This document shows positions 13,843-27,312 of a stretch of 64,000 nt of DNA, piece by piece. Position 1 is the stretch's first letter; each line of letters opens with the position of its first letter. The stretch spans positions 15,716,633-15,780,632 of the forward strand of contig OZ037769.1 in NCBI GenBank assembly GCA_964035545.1. The letters are read 5' to 3'. This DNA is from Bugula neritina (taxonomy: Eukaryota; Animalia; Bryozoa). The notes under the pieces are model-generated. The model did no database searches. It was given only the letters and a program-made list of their open reading frames with translations, and was not told where the DNA came from. The position numbers and the translations under genes are program-made.

Positions 13843-16570
13843 TCATTCTTTTGGAGGAGTGCAGTGCCTAGTTGCAGAACTGTTTTTGCTATGATCATCA
13901 ACTGCTCTGTTTGGATGACATTCATTGAAAAAGCATCTTGCACAACTTGGATGGGAGTTGTCCCACCTTGCGACATTGCCATTGAAGAGGTTACTGGCAA
14001 GACTGTTGGTTGAAGACTTGCATATACTTTTGTGGCCACTCATTTGGTTTATCCAGTTATCCACTTTCTCTGGTACCTGGATTGTACAAATTTCTGGCGT
14101 GTGCTCATCTCTAGAGTCCACATCCTTTGGTGAGTTGCGTTCACAGATGGGTCTAAAAGCCTTATCTGTGCTAGGTGACATGTCTTTAAGTTCCAGTCGA
14201 GGATATCTATCTACACCTACTGGCTTTTCATTAGATGGTGGTCCACTATTCATGCGTGGCTCAATGAGAATTGAATTCATTTTTGTCCAAATCAAGGAAC
14301 TTGTTGTCTGACTATTAAGAGACAACATGGCATAGTGAGGCTCAAGCTACCAGACATATGGCATCAAGTTTGCTGGGAGATGCTCTTTCATGGTGACTTC
14401 ATCACATGGATATAACATCCTTCCTATTTTGCCTGCGTTCTCAAGCATATCTTTAGCATTAGTCATCAATTGGCTGTAACTTTGAAGTTTTTCAGGTTCA
14501 CTTCTGGGATTGATGTTGCCTTTAACAACCATATTGAAGGTATTTCCATCGTTATAGGTAATATCTTCTAATGTCATCAACCTATAAACTTTATTATCTC
14601 TTCTATGCATCCAGCTGCCATGTTCAACATCATAGGCATACTGTGGCAGCAATTTCCAACCTTCATTTGCTACTATATTCACTGCTGACAATATGTACTC
14701 CACCTCCTCATCTGGCATGAAGTACGAAGGGTCAATCGAGTGAACCCCGGTTTCATTATTCCTAGAGAATGGGCTTTGGATAAAGCTTTGTCCACTCTCT
14801 GAGATTGGCCATCATCAGTGCTTATAATTGTTCCTGTCCTAACTTTTGTGTCCATGAAGGCCATGATTCCTAAAAGTAAAATACTAGCTTTTTTGCAATA
14901 AAAAGTATTCTTTGACAATTTTCAAAAGGATAAATTAGTTGGTAATGCTCTGTTCAGCTACACAATTTTTTATGTTGTTAGATATTGTAAGTATTTAAAA
15001 TATCGTTCTACCCAAATATTGTGGTTGGTGGTCATGAAAATATATAACCTGTTCAAATGAGAGTTGGAGCATGATAAAAACAGTTATCATAAAAACCCTC
15101 TTTGAAAGTATTTAGCATTGAGGTTATTTACCTTCTGCCACTTCGTCAGCTATGCCAAGAAGGTCTTGTGCATAAGGTCCAGCACATGCACAACCTCCAC
15201 GAGCTTGTATTCCAAATAAATCACTCAGTAGGAGCGAGATAAAGTTGTGGTGAACCAGTTTCTTTGTTGCTGGATGTCTCACAACAAATGAAAAAATTGG
15301 TACTCGTTCTGATGTTTTGCTCCCCAGTAAAAGGATGTTAGGATTACTAAGTAGCTGGTTGATACCTTTCCTTGCCAAATATCTCTCTCTTCTTTCTATA
15401 TTATCAATTCCTATTGAGGACTTCAACTGAAATACCAAACCGGCTCTAATAGCTTCAATGATGCCAGGTGTACCTCCTTCTTCTCGAGCTTCGATCTCTT
15501 TAGAGTAACTGTATTTCTTCTTGCTGACAAACAGAACTGTCCCACCACCTGTACCATGAGGTACTTCATTGGTAAATAACCTTTTCTTAGCTATAAGAAC
15601 ACCAGGTGAACCAGGACCACCAACAAATTTATGTGGAGAACAGAAAAGTCCATCTTTATAGGCAGATGTGTCTGTCAAATCTTCAAGTGAAGGGTTCATA
15701 TCCATCTGCAGGTATGGGGCTCCGGCAGCATAGTCCCAGAATGCCAAGCATCCATATCTGTGCAACAGTTTGGTAACTTCAATAGTGTCCACCAACAAAC
15801 CAGTCACATTGCTGCAGGCGCTAAAAGTTCCAACCATAAACATACGTCATTAAAAAATGAACTCTGAACTGTAAATTTTTATCATTTTCTCAAATAATTA
15901 AATCTTCAATACATGAACACTGTTGTATATTAACTCTACCTTTATTTTCCATCGACCAGACGTGTGCTTTTCTAAAACAGTTTCCAATTGTTGTAAATTG
16001 ACTTGACCCTTCCTGTCTTCTTCTATTCTGACAAGTTTCGCCCCCGTTTCTTTCCATGGTAGAATATTAGAGTGATGTTCATAGGAACACCACCGAAAAT
16101 TTTCCTACTGAAGCATCACCAAGTCCCAACACACCAATCAGCTTGTGTATAGCTGATGTTGCGCCACTTCCACAGAAAATAACGGCATCGTCTGCATTGG
16201 TATTGCAACATTTCCGGATAATATTTTTTGCATCTTCTCGAAACTGGCTGGTTTGCATAGATGCAAAAGAAGTAGAAGTGTGTGTGTTGCCATAGTACCC
16301 TAATACATATTTGGATATGTAGTTCTCTATCATATACAAGCTTCTCCCAGATGCTGTGTAATCGGCGTATGTCATTCGTTTATTTTCATAAGGACTCTGC
16401 ACCATAGCATGACTACCGACAAGGTTCTCATGGACATATTTCATCCCATCAGTAAACCCAGAATTGGATATGCCTTTGTTCATTTGAATATTCTTTTGCC
16501 TTATTTTTGCTGGGAATGCTAAAGGACTGAAACATGTCTTTTTTATAACCAAAATTTCTGTTGCTTTCAA
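13843..16570 (-). pseudogene. Pseudogenised tandem duplicate of the desulfurase-like gene
   Basis: Compared with the copy at 9268-12370: 8-bp deletion at ~16083, splice acceptor AG changed to TG at 15835-15836, 1-bp deletion at ~14727, TGG changed to TAG at 14347-14349. No His-rich last exon was seen. Confidence 0.85.
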
Positions 16571-17084
16571 AATTTTATGAAATTTTCAAGTTATTTTGGG
16601 TAATAAAATTTGAGGCTCATATTTTGAATTCCATTTAAATTGTTGATGATAATTATTATTATTGCAGTTGTACTTATTTGGGTTGAAAAAAAAATGTTTT
16701 ACACTTCATTACTTAAAAGTGACCACTTTGAATATTAAATAACTCTTAGTAGTTCAGAATACCTTTGATTTGAAGCTGCATATTAGCAGCTATTTTATTG
16801 ACCATAAAGTTAAATTACCGTTTGGAAAGTTTTTCATTTTCTGATGTTTCTATTTAAATTGTGTGTATGCTCAGTATTTATGGAGATTGGTTTAAATTAA
16901 AATAAACTAGTTATATAGGTAATAATTTGCTTCTAAAACAAAGCTTTGTACTTGCATTTTAGAAAATGAACAGTATTTATGTTCACAGTTAGTTTTATTA
17001 TGGAAACTATATTTCACCATAAAATAATTTCAAATCTATTCTTTGTTTTGGAGATATTAGCTGTGTGTGTCCGCTAAACTTTTT

Positions 17085-18805
17085 CTATTGTGCGATGGAA
17101 CCTCTAGCAAAGTATGCATTCATCATTGCTGTATTAGGGTCAAATTGATCTTCTGCCATTGATGAAGGAAGTAGTTGTGGTTGAAGAACCAGTTGATTGG
17201 GTTGCATCATCTGTGGGTATGCAGGCATCATACCCATGTTGGATGCTTGACCCATCATGCCCATTTGTTGGGCAGGTGACAATCCCATTGGTTGGGTAGC
17301 TGACATCATGCCCATTGGCGTTGTAGTTGACACCATGCCTATTGACGGTGCAAATGTTGTCATCCCCATTTGGCCTGCAGTAGATGCCATGGCCATCGGC
17401 TGCGTTGTTGAACCCATGTTCATGGGTTGTGAAGTAGGCATCAGTCCCATAGCAGGTGCCCCGCCTTGTAGCATGGTCATTGAAGCAATCCCTTGCATTC
17501 CTGCTGGTTGATAACTGGACATCATTGGCATGGGTGAAACCTGTTGCATTGTGCCCATTCCGAATGGCGAGCTGTTTATTAGTCCCACAGATGGCCTCGA
17601 AGCTAATCCGGTATTCATCATGCTTGGGTTTCGCTGTGGGGGAGCTGATCTGTTATTGGCTAATAATAGTGTGCTCTGTGAGCTCTGTCTGTTTCTCTGC
17701 ATATCATTCACCACACTTTGTCTCGCCACAATCTGAGGCCCCACCACAACCTGGGAACTCGATGGCATTGCTGTGGATAGAAAATAAGGTGCTTTATGAA
17801 CGTACCGTGGTGGTGGGCTGATCAGTTGACAGTTGTGACTCCACAGAGATATATTGGCTATAGAATGTATAAGTTCAACTCAACATGCTAATTATGCATT
17901 CGTTTTAGCAGATCTTGCCTAATCAACTTCTCGTACATACAAAAAAGAATTTTAAAATATTTGTTATCAGACCTGTTTAGATTTTACTTACGGCCTTTCT
18001 CAGGCATCACTCTAGATGCCTTGGGTGGCATCATCCTGGAGGTAGTTTGTGGAAGTGCCCTAGGAGCGAGCGGCACAGCTGGCAGTTGCCGAATTTGATC
18101 GGCTGCTGGGTAGTTTTTCTGTGGGCCTATGCCATAGTCATAGTAATAGTCATCATCACCTTTGAGAAAAGATATTAGCATTCATGACACTGAGTAAAGC
18201 ATGCAACAGTTTCATTAAGTAGACCTGTAAGCATCTGATTTCATCCCACAGTCTCATAAGATGAAAATATAGTTTTTCACTAGAGAAGCTATTATAAAGC
18301 AAACCTTCGGTTATGTGAACTACAGTACGGCCCTTAGTTACAGGAAGTCAAGTCAGATACTAACTTATCAATTTGAATTATTTGCATTTATTATTTTGTA
18401 ATTATAGTTTATGTTATTTAATAAATAATAAATAAGATATTTAGAAATGAGTTAAGCAGTATATAATTACGATTCTTCAATATTGTATTAATTATATCTT
18501 ATATGTAATTGCTTTAATAAGTTTTAAACCCACTGTTTCAGCAACTTTTTTCAACTTTAACAGATACAATTTTAACTTTGTGATAATTTCTAAGATGGGT
18601 CAATAAATGTGCTATTCCGATATAGTGGAGTAAGTTGGGCTACTAACTAATTACTCTGTTGGAATTATTTTAGAAGAGATTTTGGCCTAGAGAGAAAGGT
18701 GACTCACTAACCGCAGCTTGCACACTTGATCAACACTGTTACCATAGTAACCAGTATCACTACGCTGACACTGGTTATCAGCAGCACCTCCTCTGACGGT
18801 ACCAT
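17085..18805 (-). CDS. Uncharacterised ~344-aa protein with an N-terminal hydrophobic segment, a DDDYYYDY motif and a Met/Gln/Pro/Gly-rich low-complexity C-terminus; exons 18805-18712, 18159-17992, 17857-17085
   Basis: Three GT-AG exons join in phase 1/1 into one open frame: MVPSEEVLLITSVSVVILVTMVTVLIKCASCG-DDDYYYDYGIGPQ...-PNISLWSHN...MPSSSQ...RGSIAQ*. Confidence 0.75.
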
Positions 18806-21800
18806 GTTTCTAGTGTCAATAGCCTGTCGCCATCATCCTTTTCATGGTTCTAATACTAAAGGGTAAGGTTAACATTGACTGCTACAGCTAGCTATCACTG
18901 TATCTGCACAGCTTAGTTATTCAACAATGCATTCCATAGAAGAAAAATGTTATTTTTCTGATTGTGAGCAGGTATTAAATAACAATAATAAATATAGAGT
19001 GTAAAATCAGATTTAATTAGGTATCTGAAAGTCCTAGTGATGGTTTTATATTAAATCACAAAATTATATATACAAATATTTAACTTTTGTTACCTTTTCA
19101 TGGAAAATTTAGTCCTTCCCGTCTGTTTTATGTAACAGTATTGGGCTTCATGTCTGTCTGTACTAAAAGTTTTGGGTTGAAATATCGTTTGTGTCCTTGA
19201 AATAGCCTAAGTTTCTTCATTCCAATTTAAAGTTGACTTACACCCTCAACTGCTAACATAAAAGTGATTTTGGTGCTGGTTATTTGATGGCGCCCTCAGC
19301 TGTGCTGTTGGTGGCTACTGGCTACTTAAGCTTGTAAATTTACGCTTATGTGAATGAAATGTGTGCTTGCAACTGGCATAATGATGTATGCTCTACTTTA
19401 GTTGGAGAAAGTAAGAAAGACGGTTGGATTCTTCCCCCCTTCCTCCCCCTATTCTTAGAATAGAGAATGTTTGGGACTTCAAGGGTTTGTTTGGAAGTTG
19501 ATTTTTTCTATGTAATTGAATATATTTTAATTTTCAGTGCCATATGTTATGAAACTATCTGGTATTATATTTTGGAGTTATACTCTCTTGTTAGTGTGCC
19601 ATGCTTGAATCATGTTATAATGAAAACAAGAATATGGACTGGCTGTAATGTAATCTTTGTTTTATCAGAGTTGTCTTCTTTTGTTTCAATGATGTTAGTT
19701 TCTCGAAACTCTTAAACTAAGAATTTACAACTGCTAATAGGCAAAAAATATCAATGATCAGTTGGATTGTATTTATAATTGTCTTTTTAAATAGTGTGAA
19801 TCCTAGACCCTGAGTATTGCATTTGTGTGACCTTATTGCTCCACCTGCTGTATTTACCTGCTGTTTATTTCTCTCAGTAAAAGTCACCTGCAACCACCTG
19901 CTGTCTCAAGTATGGAGGGATGACGTGTCCCAAGGCGGATGGGTTTCCTGCACTTATTTTCAAGGTTTGATACTTCATTTTAAGGCCTCATTTTACTCCT
20001 ATTATGTAACTACAACCTGTTGCAGTTAAGCTTTTATGATTTAATTATTTAATCCCGTAATTAGATTGCGCTACTAGTTACTAGGAACTAATCCTCAGCC
20101 CTCACTGCTAAACTGTCCCTCTTTTCTCTCTGCGACTCCTCAGTGACCTTCACCTTTCCTATCATTGCTCCTTTCTAACAACTTGAACAAACTTCGGCTC
20201 GTGCAAAACACTGGCATACAATGTATTACTGTCTTGAGAGCTATCTGTGCTGGACTCTCTCCTAGCTGCTATTCGTTAGGAACCAGACATGCCTTCACTC
20301 TGGAATATCATGTTGAGAAACTGGAATTTATTGATCTGACCGTCACAGCTGGGTGGCTGTCTCCTAATTATTTTTCGCTGAAACGTTTACAGTCAAAAAT
20401 AGTGTCGTCGTTCCAATAATTGACTGTTAATATTATTTATGGTGGGTATTGGCATGAGGAATGTTGCAAACCTTTGAGATAGTTTGGCAGGTTGTGTGTA
20501 ACTGACCTTTTTATGTCCTCCACCTTCTGATTATTTATAGAGGGAATCAATCGGCACATCTATATTTACTTGTCTGGACTCATCATTACACAAGTTTATG
20601 CCGTTTCAACATTTTACTTTTTCATAGTTGAAAAACCCGTGTGGAGAGCAATAACCTGCAAACAGCGACAGCTCTGCTTTTTACCACCTTGCATCATATC
20701 CTGTTTTCACTCGTTGTTTAATATCTTGTCTGTGCGCTGCTAAATTTAATTTCTACTCGAATTTGTTGCTTAAATTAAATAAGGAATTTAATTTTGCGTC
20801 AGTTGGTAACCAATCTACTTTTTGATATGAAAATTTGGGTAAAAACATTAAATTTTTACATAATTAATGGCGTGGTGTCTGTTATTGACTGGCACGCAGT
20901 AAGTTACCAGGTAGATTGGCGGCCCTCGCTACAACCTGTGTAATATGGAAATGAGTGTTAATCAGTGCTTGAAATTCAATTGATACGTTGTTTCTTAGCG
21001 ACTGTAACTCACTTTCGCCTGTCTCCCAGAGTCTACGATTCTATAGTGATTAATATTTTATTAATTTATCACGATTAACATAATACCAACCCACGCACCT
21101 AACATGCACATTTTAATTTAAGTTAATGCTAATGAAGGGGGAGGGTTTATTGGGCCGATAATTAAAGAGATAGCATAATTTAACTCTTTGCATCAGACAC
21201 TTTAGGCCCAAACACAGCCGCTTCTAGTTTATTGACCCTTCTTTCTTGGATTTGTTTATCAAATTTCACTGTTTTCTTGCTGTAAGGTCATTGTCCTTTG
21301 TTTATGCTGGTTGTTTGCTGCGAGACTTTGAATAATCGCTGCCAGCATATTCTCCCCTATGTTCCAGTCTCGCAGAGATGAAACAATTGCATGTCACGAA
21401 GCCATGCTGGTGGTAAGAAGTTGCCACGAGTTATGAGGAGAATATCATGAGACCCTGCTCTAAGAGGTTCTGTGTGTTTAGTGGGCGCACCCCCCCTCCC
21501 CATACTTTGATATTCTGGTGTTTCTGTTGCTATGCCAAGTATATTGCCTGGCTAATTACTTAACTGACGTAAATTGGTTACTAGAGTCACTAGCATTGGA
21601 TATTTACTCTCCCTTACTTAGTAGATGTATGTTGGTCCATGGCCGTAGCCAAGTCATGTTTATTACAACAGATGTGTCCTTCAGTGCGTCTCTGGAAAGG
21701 TTTGCTGCCGTCAAACCAACAAGTAGAGAAAATAAAGTCAGCGTAGGTTGTGTGCGGAAATAATGGCATTCTTACTCTAGGTGTCAGCTTACAGTGTGGA

Positions 21801-23230
21801 TCATCACAAATTAAGAGTTATCGCTACCTTGTTATGCTTGACTCGCATGTAGGGTACGTAGCTTAGACATGTCCTGTAGTATTTGTTTACCCTCCATGTT
21901 ACAGACTAAGTATTGAAAGAATCATTCTTGTAGACAACCTTTACATTATTGCCATTTTCTTGTATTTTATTATCTTGTAAAGTTTCCTTTCTTCCAGTGG
22001 AAAGGTTACAGCAGTTATTGTGCAACACTAGCATTGCTTAAGGTCATATAACTATACAGTTATAATCTCCTATTGGCTCTTTAGTTGTGGTGTTAATACT
22101 GATAGATGCTTCCTCCGTGATGTATAGTCTACTGTTCAAATAAATAGTGTTTGTTGTGGGCTAGGTTTTGCTCTGTCATTTCCCGTCTGTAAAGAGTACG
22201 ACTTCCATATAGTAGTTTACCTGCCACATGTTACGCAGGCAAGTCAACAATTTCTTTCTTATTTAATTCGGTCAGTTCGTGCAGACGGCAGAGGTTGAGA
22301 CTTTAACATGGTCAGGTATCATGCGCTCTGGTTGTGGCTGGTGTTTTGTTATCATGTCTGACTTTCACTGTAGTTTGCTATGTTGTGTATGTTCAGTCTC
22401 TTGTGAAGTTTTAAACAAGATAGATTCTATAAAGTTATAAAAATAATAGAATAATAAATAAAAAGGGCAGCATTTAAAAGGTGTGCCTTTTATTGATAAG
22501 AAACTAAATCTTAGCATATAACAGCCAATCAGAACAGAAAATATCTTTCCAAGTTCTAGTCAGCTAGAATATGAAAATAACATTGGGCGACTATGAGTAT
22601 TCATTATAGCTTCAGGGGGGACGATCCCCTAACGCAAGTAGTGGTGCACGCTATGGTAGTAGACTTGCTAATCAATCATATCTAACTAATGAATATTTTA
22701 TCTTACCCTCTCACCAGCCACCAGCAGAGGGCGTGGCCCACCTTCCTCCAATGTCTTCTCTAAATTAACTACTCGGTGAAAAGTTTACTGGCCTACTTAT
22801 GCTAAGCTCGTGCATATACTGTCTACAATCTACATGAAGAAATGTATCAGTGATTTATGATGACGGTATGTATTTCAGTTTTAATTAATGCGCATTCCAT
22901 ACAAGCTGTGTCATCTTTCTCCCTTCCACTCTTGCACTCCATTGCAGTGTTCTTTCTTCACTTTTTGCTACTTAGCAGATTTTACCGCGGCTTCAGGCTT
23001 GCCGTAGTGTCTGATTTCATCTCATGATTTGCATAATTATTGCATAATGTTCATATTTAGTGGTATCGCAGATTAAGAATGCCCCCTCTGTTGGTTTAGT
23101 CTAATGGTAAGTTTTTTCTCTTTTTAAACCAGAAAGGGTGACGTTAGTTGAATTCTAGTTGGTGTTTTGTCAGTCTTTAAAAAAGGTCTAGTAATGAACA
23201 TTTACCTCAATTTGACTGCTTTAATAAATA

Positions 23231-23618
23231 ACTCTACAGTATATACTACTCTACGGTATATACTACTCTATGGTATATACTACTCTACGGTATATACTAC
23301 TCTACAGTATATACTACGCTACAGTATATACCACTCTACAGTATATACTACTCTACAGTACACACTACTCTATGGTATACTACGCTACAGTACACACTAC
23401 TCTACAGTATACACTACTCTACAGTATATACTACTCTACAGTATACACTACTCTACAGTATATACTACTCTACAGTATATACTACTCTACAGTATACACT
23501 ACTCTACAGTATACACTACTCTACGGTATACACTACTCTACAGTATATACTACTCTACAGTATAATTATACTACTCTACAGTATATACTACTCTACAGTA
23601 TATACTACGCTACAGTAT
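23231..23618 (+). repeat. 17-bp tandem satellite (TACTCTACAGTATATAC)n
   Basis: About 22 imperfect copies. Explains ORFs 23167-23565 and 23270-23620. Confidence 0.92.
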
Positions 23619-26600
23619 AACTGAACGTTCAAAGTCTTCCAGTTCTAAACAGTTACTAACTTACAGCCTTGCTGTTTCCAACAACCACCACCAACTGGGC
23701 CTTATTTCTAAACCCAACTACTAGTCTTAATAGTCAAGATAATTTGGAGTTACTCCCTCTCTCTCTCGCTCTGAATGTTTACCCATGATAGAAAAAATTG
23801 TGTATGTAGCTACCTTAATTATTCTGATGGTCATAATACATGTGATTAGAAGTGGACAAATATCATTTAATAAACAAGTATTAGGAATGTTATTGCCAAT
23901 GACCCAGCTATGTCTTGTATATTTAGAATTGTTTTTGCCAAGTTCGTCGACTTGACAAGTTGCATAATACTCAGACAAAAGACTGGGTTTGATACACAAA
24001 CTAGCCGATACATTTGAATCTGCTACAGTACAAACACTTGAAACTGCTTGTACTGTTGTTAGGCAACAGTAGGGCTAATTGCTAAGTTAGTGTGGGAACT
24101 ATTTGCTACTTTTGAAAAGATATATAATTTGATTCTAGTATTACATAATCTTTGCATATTTTTCTTCTGGGGTGGGAAATATGATGAGATGTTTTCATCT
24201 AGCTACCTTTGCTCTTGCATCTAAAAATAGAATTTGAAGTTTCATGTTACGATGTAGGTGTGTCCGATGTGCCGCAGTGGTTGTTTTGGGTTTGCGTTTA
24301 GTCGTACAGGGTTGTGGAACATCATTTATCGAATATTCTGTATTTTTTGCAGAATGCTTAGTGATAGGTGCTAAAAATACAGAGAGAACTGAGGTAGGAC
24401 ATATTTGTGATTGGCTATATGTAGGTTTCAGAATATTTGCAAGTAGCTGGAGGCATGATCGTAGGCAAGGCCGTTTAAGGTCGTCCAAGGTGTTGATTTG
24501 CATGCATATGTTTAACCTAGATTCTCTGAGAGAGGTGTGTGGTACTCAGTGTTACCATTCTGCTGCTGCCATACGCAATTATCATGGCTGAGAATTGGTT
24601 TCATGTTTTCCTGTTTCTTTGTAAGACTCCGTAAGGAATCTATTCATGTGGGTTGTATTACCTTGTGCCGTGTCATCCTAACAATCCCATATACCCCTGC
24701 ACATCCTGTTATAAGGCTTACCGTACCACCTCCGTCACCCAATGTCATTGTTGCCCTGTGGTTGACAATGCTGTGCACCTAAGTTACACTCAGGTTCCTT
24801 TGTGTTGTCCTTAAGCACTTTTCCTTTCGCTCTCTCCCTGCCAAACTTGTGGAATACTTCACCATTTCATCACACATCCTGGTGCTCCACACAAGGTCTT
24901 GCCAGCTAGCCTCATGGTCTAACATGTACACAGGGTGGGGTGGCTGTGTTGTTGCCCCAGCTGGCTGAGGAGAAGTTTGACAGTGCAGGTGGCTGGTGTG
25001 TGAAGGATGAATATGTGCAGCTCTGTACGTCATCTCCCTGAAAGATGGTTGTAAAAACCAGGATCTGGGGTCTAATGATGAAGTGTAAACACAAACACGG
25101 AACTGGTCACTTCTGTTGACAATGCAAATGAGATTTTGGTTTAATTAATTGCCCAGTTCTCTTGCAGTTTATATAACTAGTAGCCCCAGTACCTTCTCAT
25201 CTCCGGGAGTCTTTGTGTGAGAAGTCACAATATCTTATACATTCACTGAGATACTGAGATACATTCACTGAGATACCTTTTCATGCAGCACCTTTTTTAG
25301 ACAGCTGAAGGTTTTTTCCAGTTTAAAGTGGTTCTACTTAGTTTGACCTCTAGGGTGTAGGAATTTAGTATAGCTCATAGCAGCTTGACAGGGGTAAACA
25401 ACTTCTAATCTAGTCATTTGAAGTTACCTCCACTTGTTCTATTTATTCAGGTGATTTATACTGCCAGCGTTTAGAGTTTAGAAGATGTTTGTTATATAAA
25501 AGTGTTTTAAAGTTTGTTTAGCATGTAGATTGTAGAGTATAGACTGTAGAGTATAGAAAGTATAAAGTGTACAGAAGTTATGTAGAGCATAGAAAGTGTA
25601 TAGAGAATAGAACTTGTAGAGTATAGAAGTTATATAGAAAGTGTGTAGAGTTGTGTGGAGTAGACATTGCTGAGGTTAAGACCAATTAAAGAGAAATGTG
25701 GAAATACCAGTGGGTACAGTAGTGACTATTAATCACACACATCAGTTTCCATATTCACTGAAATATTCTCCATCTCTCCTTGCCACCTCCTTACCATCTA
25801 ATTTATTCTCTTAGCTGGCCATTGATGATGTATAATCAAAGCTCAGGAATGTCTTTAATGGAGTTCGAGTGGTGATACAGCAGCTTTTTAGGGGAAAGAT
25901 TCTGAAATATTAATCCCCTTCGTACCATACATTATACGTGTGATGACGTTAGCAATGGTAATTAGATGCTAGATATCTCTATATCTATAAAGGATTTGGT
26001 GTGTAAACTGGCTTAATCAACTATATCCTTCTACAGTGATGTAACCACGCTTACAATAACAAACACCTTAAAAGGTAGGCTACTAGTTCAGTTTGGTTAT
26101 TATCCCCCCTGTTTGGTGCAGGCTAGGTTCTAGTAGGATATGTTAGGAATAATACTGCAGCTATAAATGCAAGCTGTGTATTTGAAATCTCCAACTGGGG
26201 TGTTGTTAGTTGATAATAGAGTGTATCATGGCCTGTAGGTGTTATGTTTTAGGACACAACACTTGATAGTAGCTGCTAGGGTATAGTTGGAACACGTTTG
26301 AGTGCTGTGTGTGTATAAATAGCTACTGAATAGGTGCATTGTTAGAGCTAGTCATATTGCATTCTTTCCCTTCCATACACATAACTTTGCACCTAATTAT
26401 AATGGCCACTTGCCTAACTTTTGTATACTGGCATTGTATTGAGAGCTGACGCTGGGCATAGTAGTCTATTGTCTAGCTGATGCTCACAAACTAGCCAGAC
26501 AGCAAGCAGCAAGGCTTAGCTAGGTCATTAGGAAACGCTTGGCTGCGTGCCAATGGCGGGCTTTTCTTTGCCAACAGCTGTCTATGATTAAGTAGACGCA

Positions 26601-27119
26601 GACAAAGCGCAGTGTGGTAGTCGTATGTGTAATGCTATAATCAGCTAGAGTAGATTTAGGACAATACTTAACTGGGGATTAATGCTAATTGAATGCCTTT
26701 ATGTGCCAGATAGTATCTAAACATTAAAACTATAGCCGCAGTCCAGTCTGATTATTGCTAAGGGTAATGGGCTGTCTTTCCAGGGCCCCTTACTCAGGTC
26801 AAGGGTTTGGGGTCTTATAGAAGTAGAAGTAATAGTGTAATTAGCGGTTGGCCTTTGCAGAATTTTCTTTTATTGCAGCTGAAAGCAAGCGTGTGTAGAG
26901 TTGTAAACGTAGTAGTAGTCATTAGCTGGCCCACTGGGATAAGTAAAGATGGTATTAGAAGAGCTATTACACTCTTAGTCTCTCAACCACACGCCAGCCC
27001 CTTGTCTCTTCATCTGATAATGTAACTATAATCTACTTGAGCTAATTGGTAGAGTGGCACACTGGGCCCGGCAGCTGGCACAGCTCAGTTTAGTGGTGTG
27101 AGTCAGCTTTCTCGCTCTC

Positions 27120-27312
27120 TACACCCCCTCTCTCCCCTCCAACCATCCACCCTCTCTCCCCTCCAACCATCCACCCTCTCCACCTCTCCCTTCCAACCAT
27201 CCACCCTCTCTACCTCCCCTTCCAACCATCCACCCTCTCTCTTCTCCAACCATCCACCCTCTCTCCTCCAACCATCCACCCTCTCTCCCCTTCCAATCAT
27301 CCACCCTCTCCC
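27120..27312 (+). repeat. Pyrimidine-rich ~24-bp minisatellite (CCAACCATCCACCCTCTCTCCCCT)
   Basis: About 7 imperfect copies. Confidence 0.9.
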
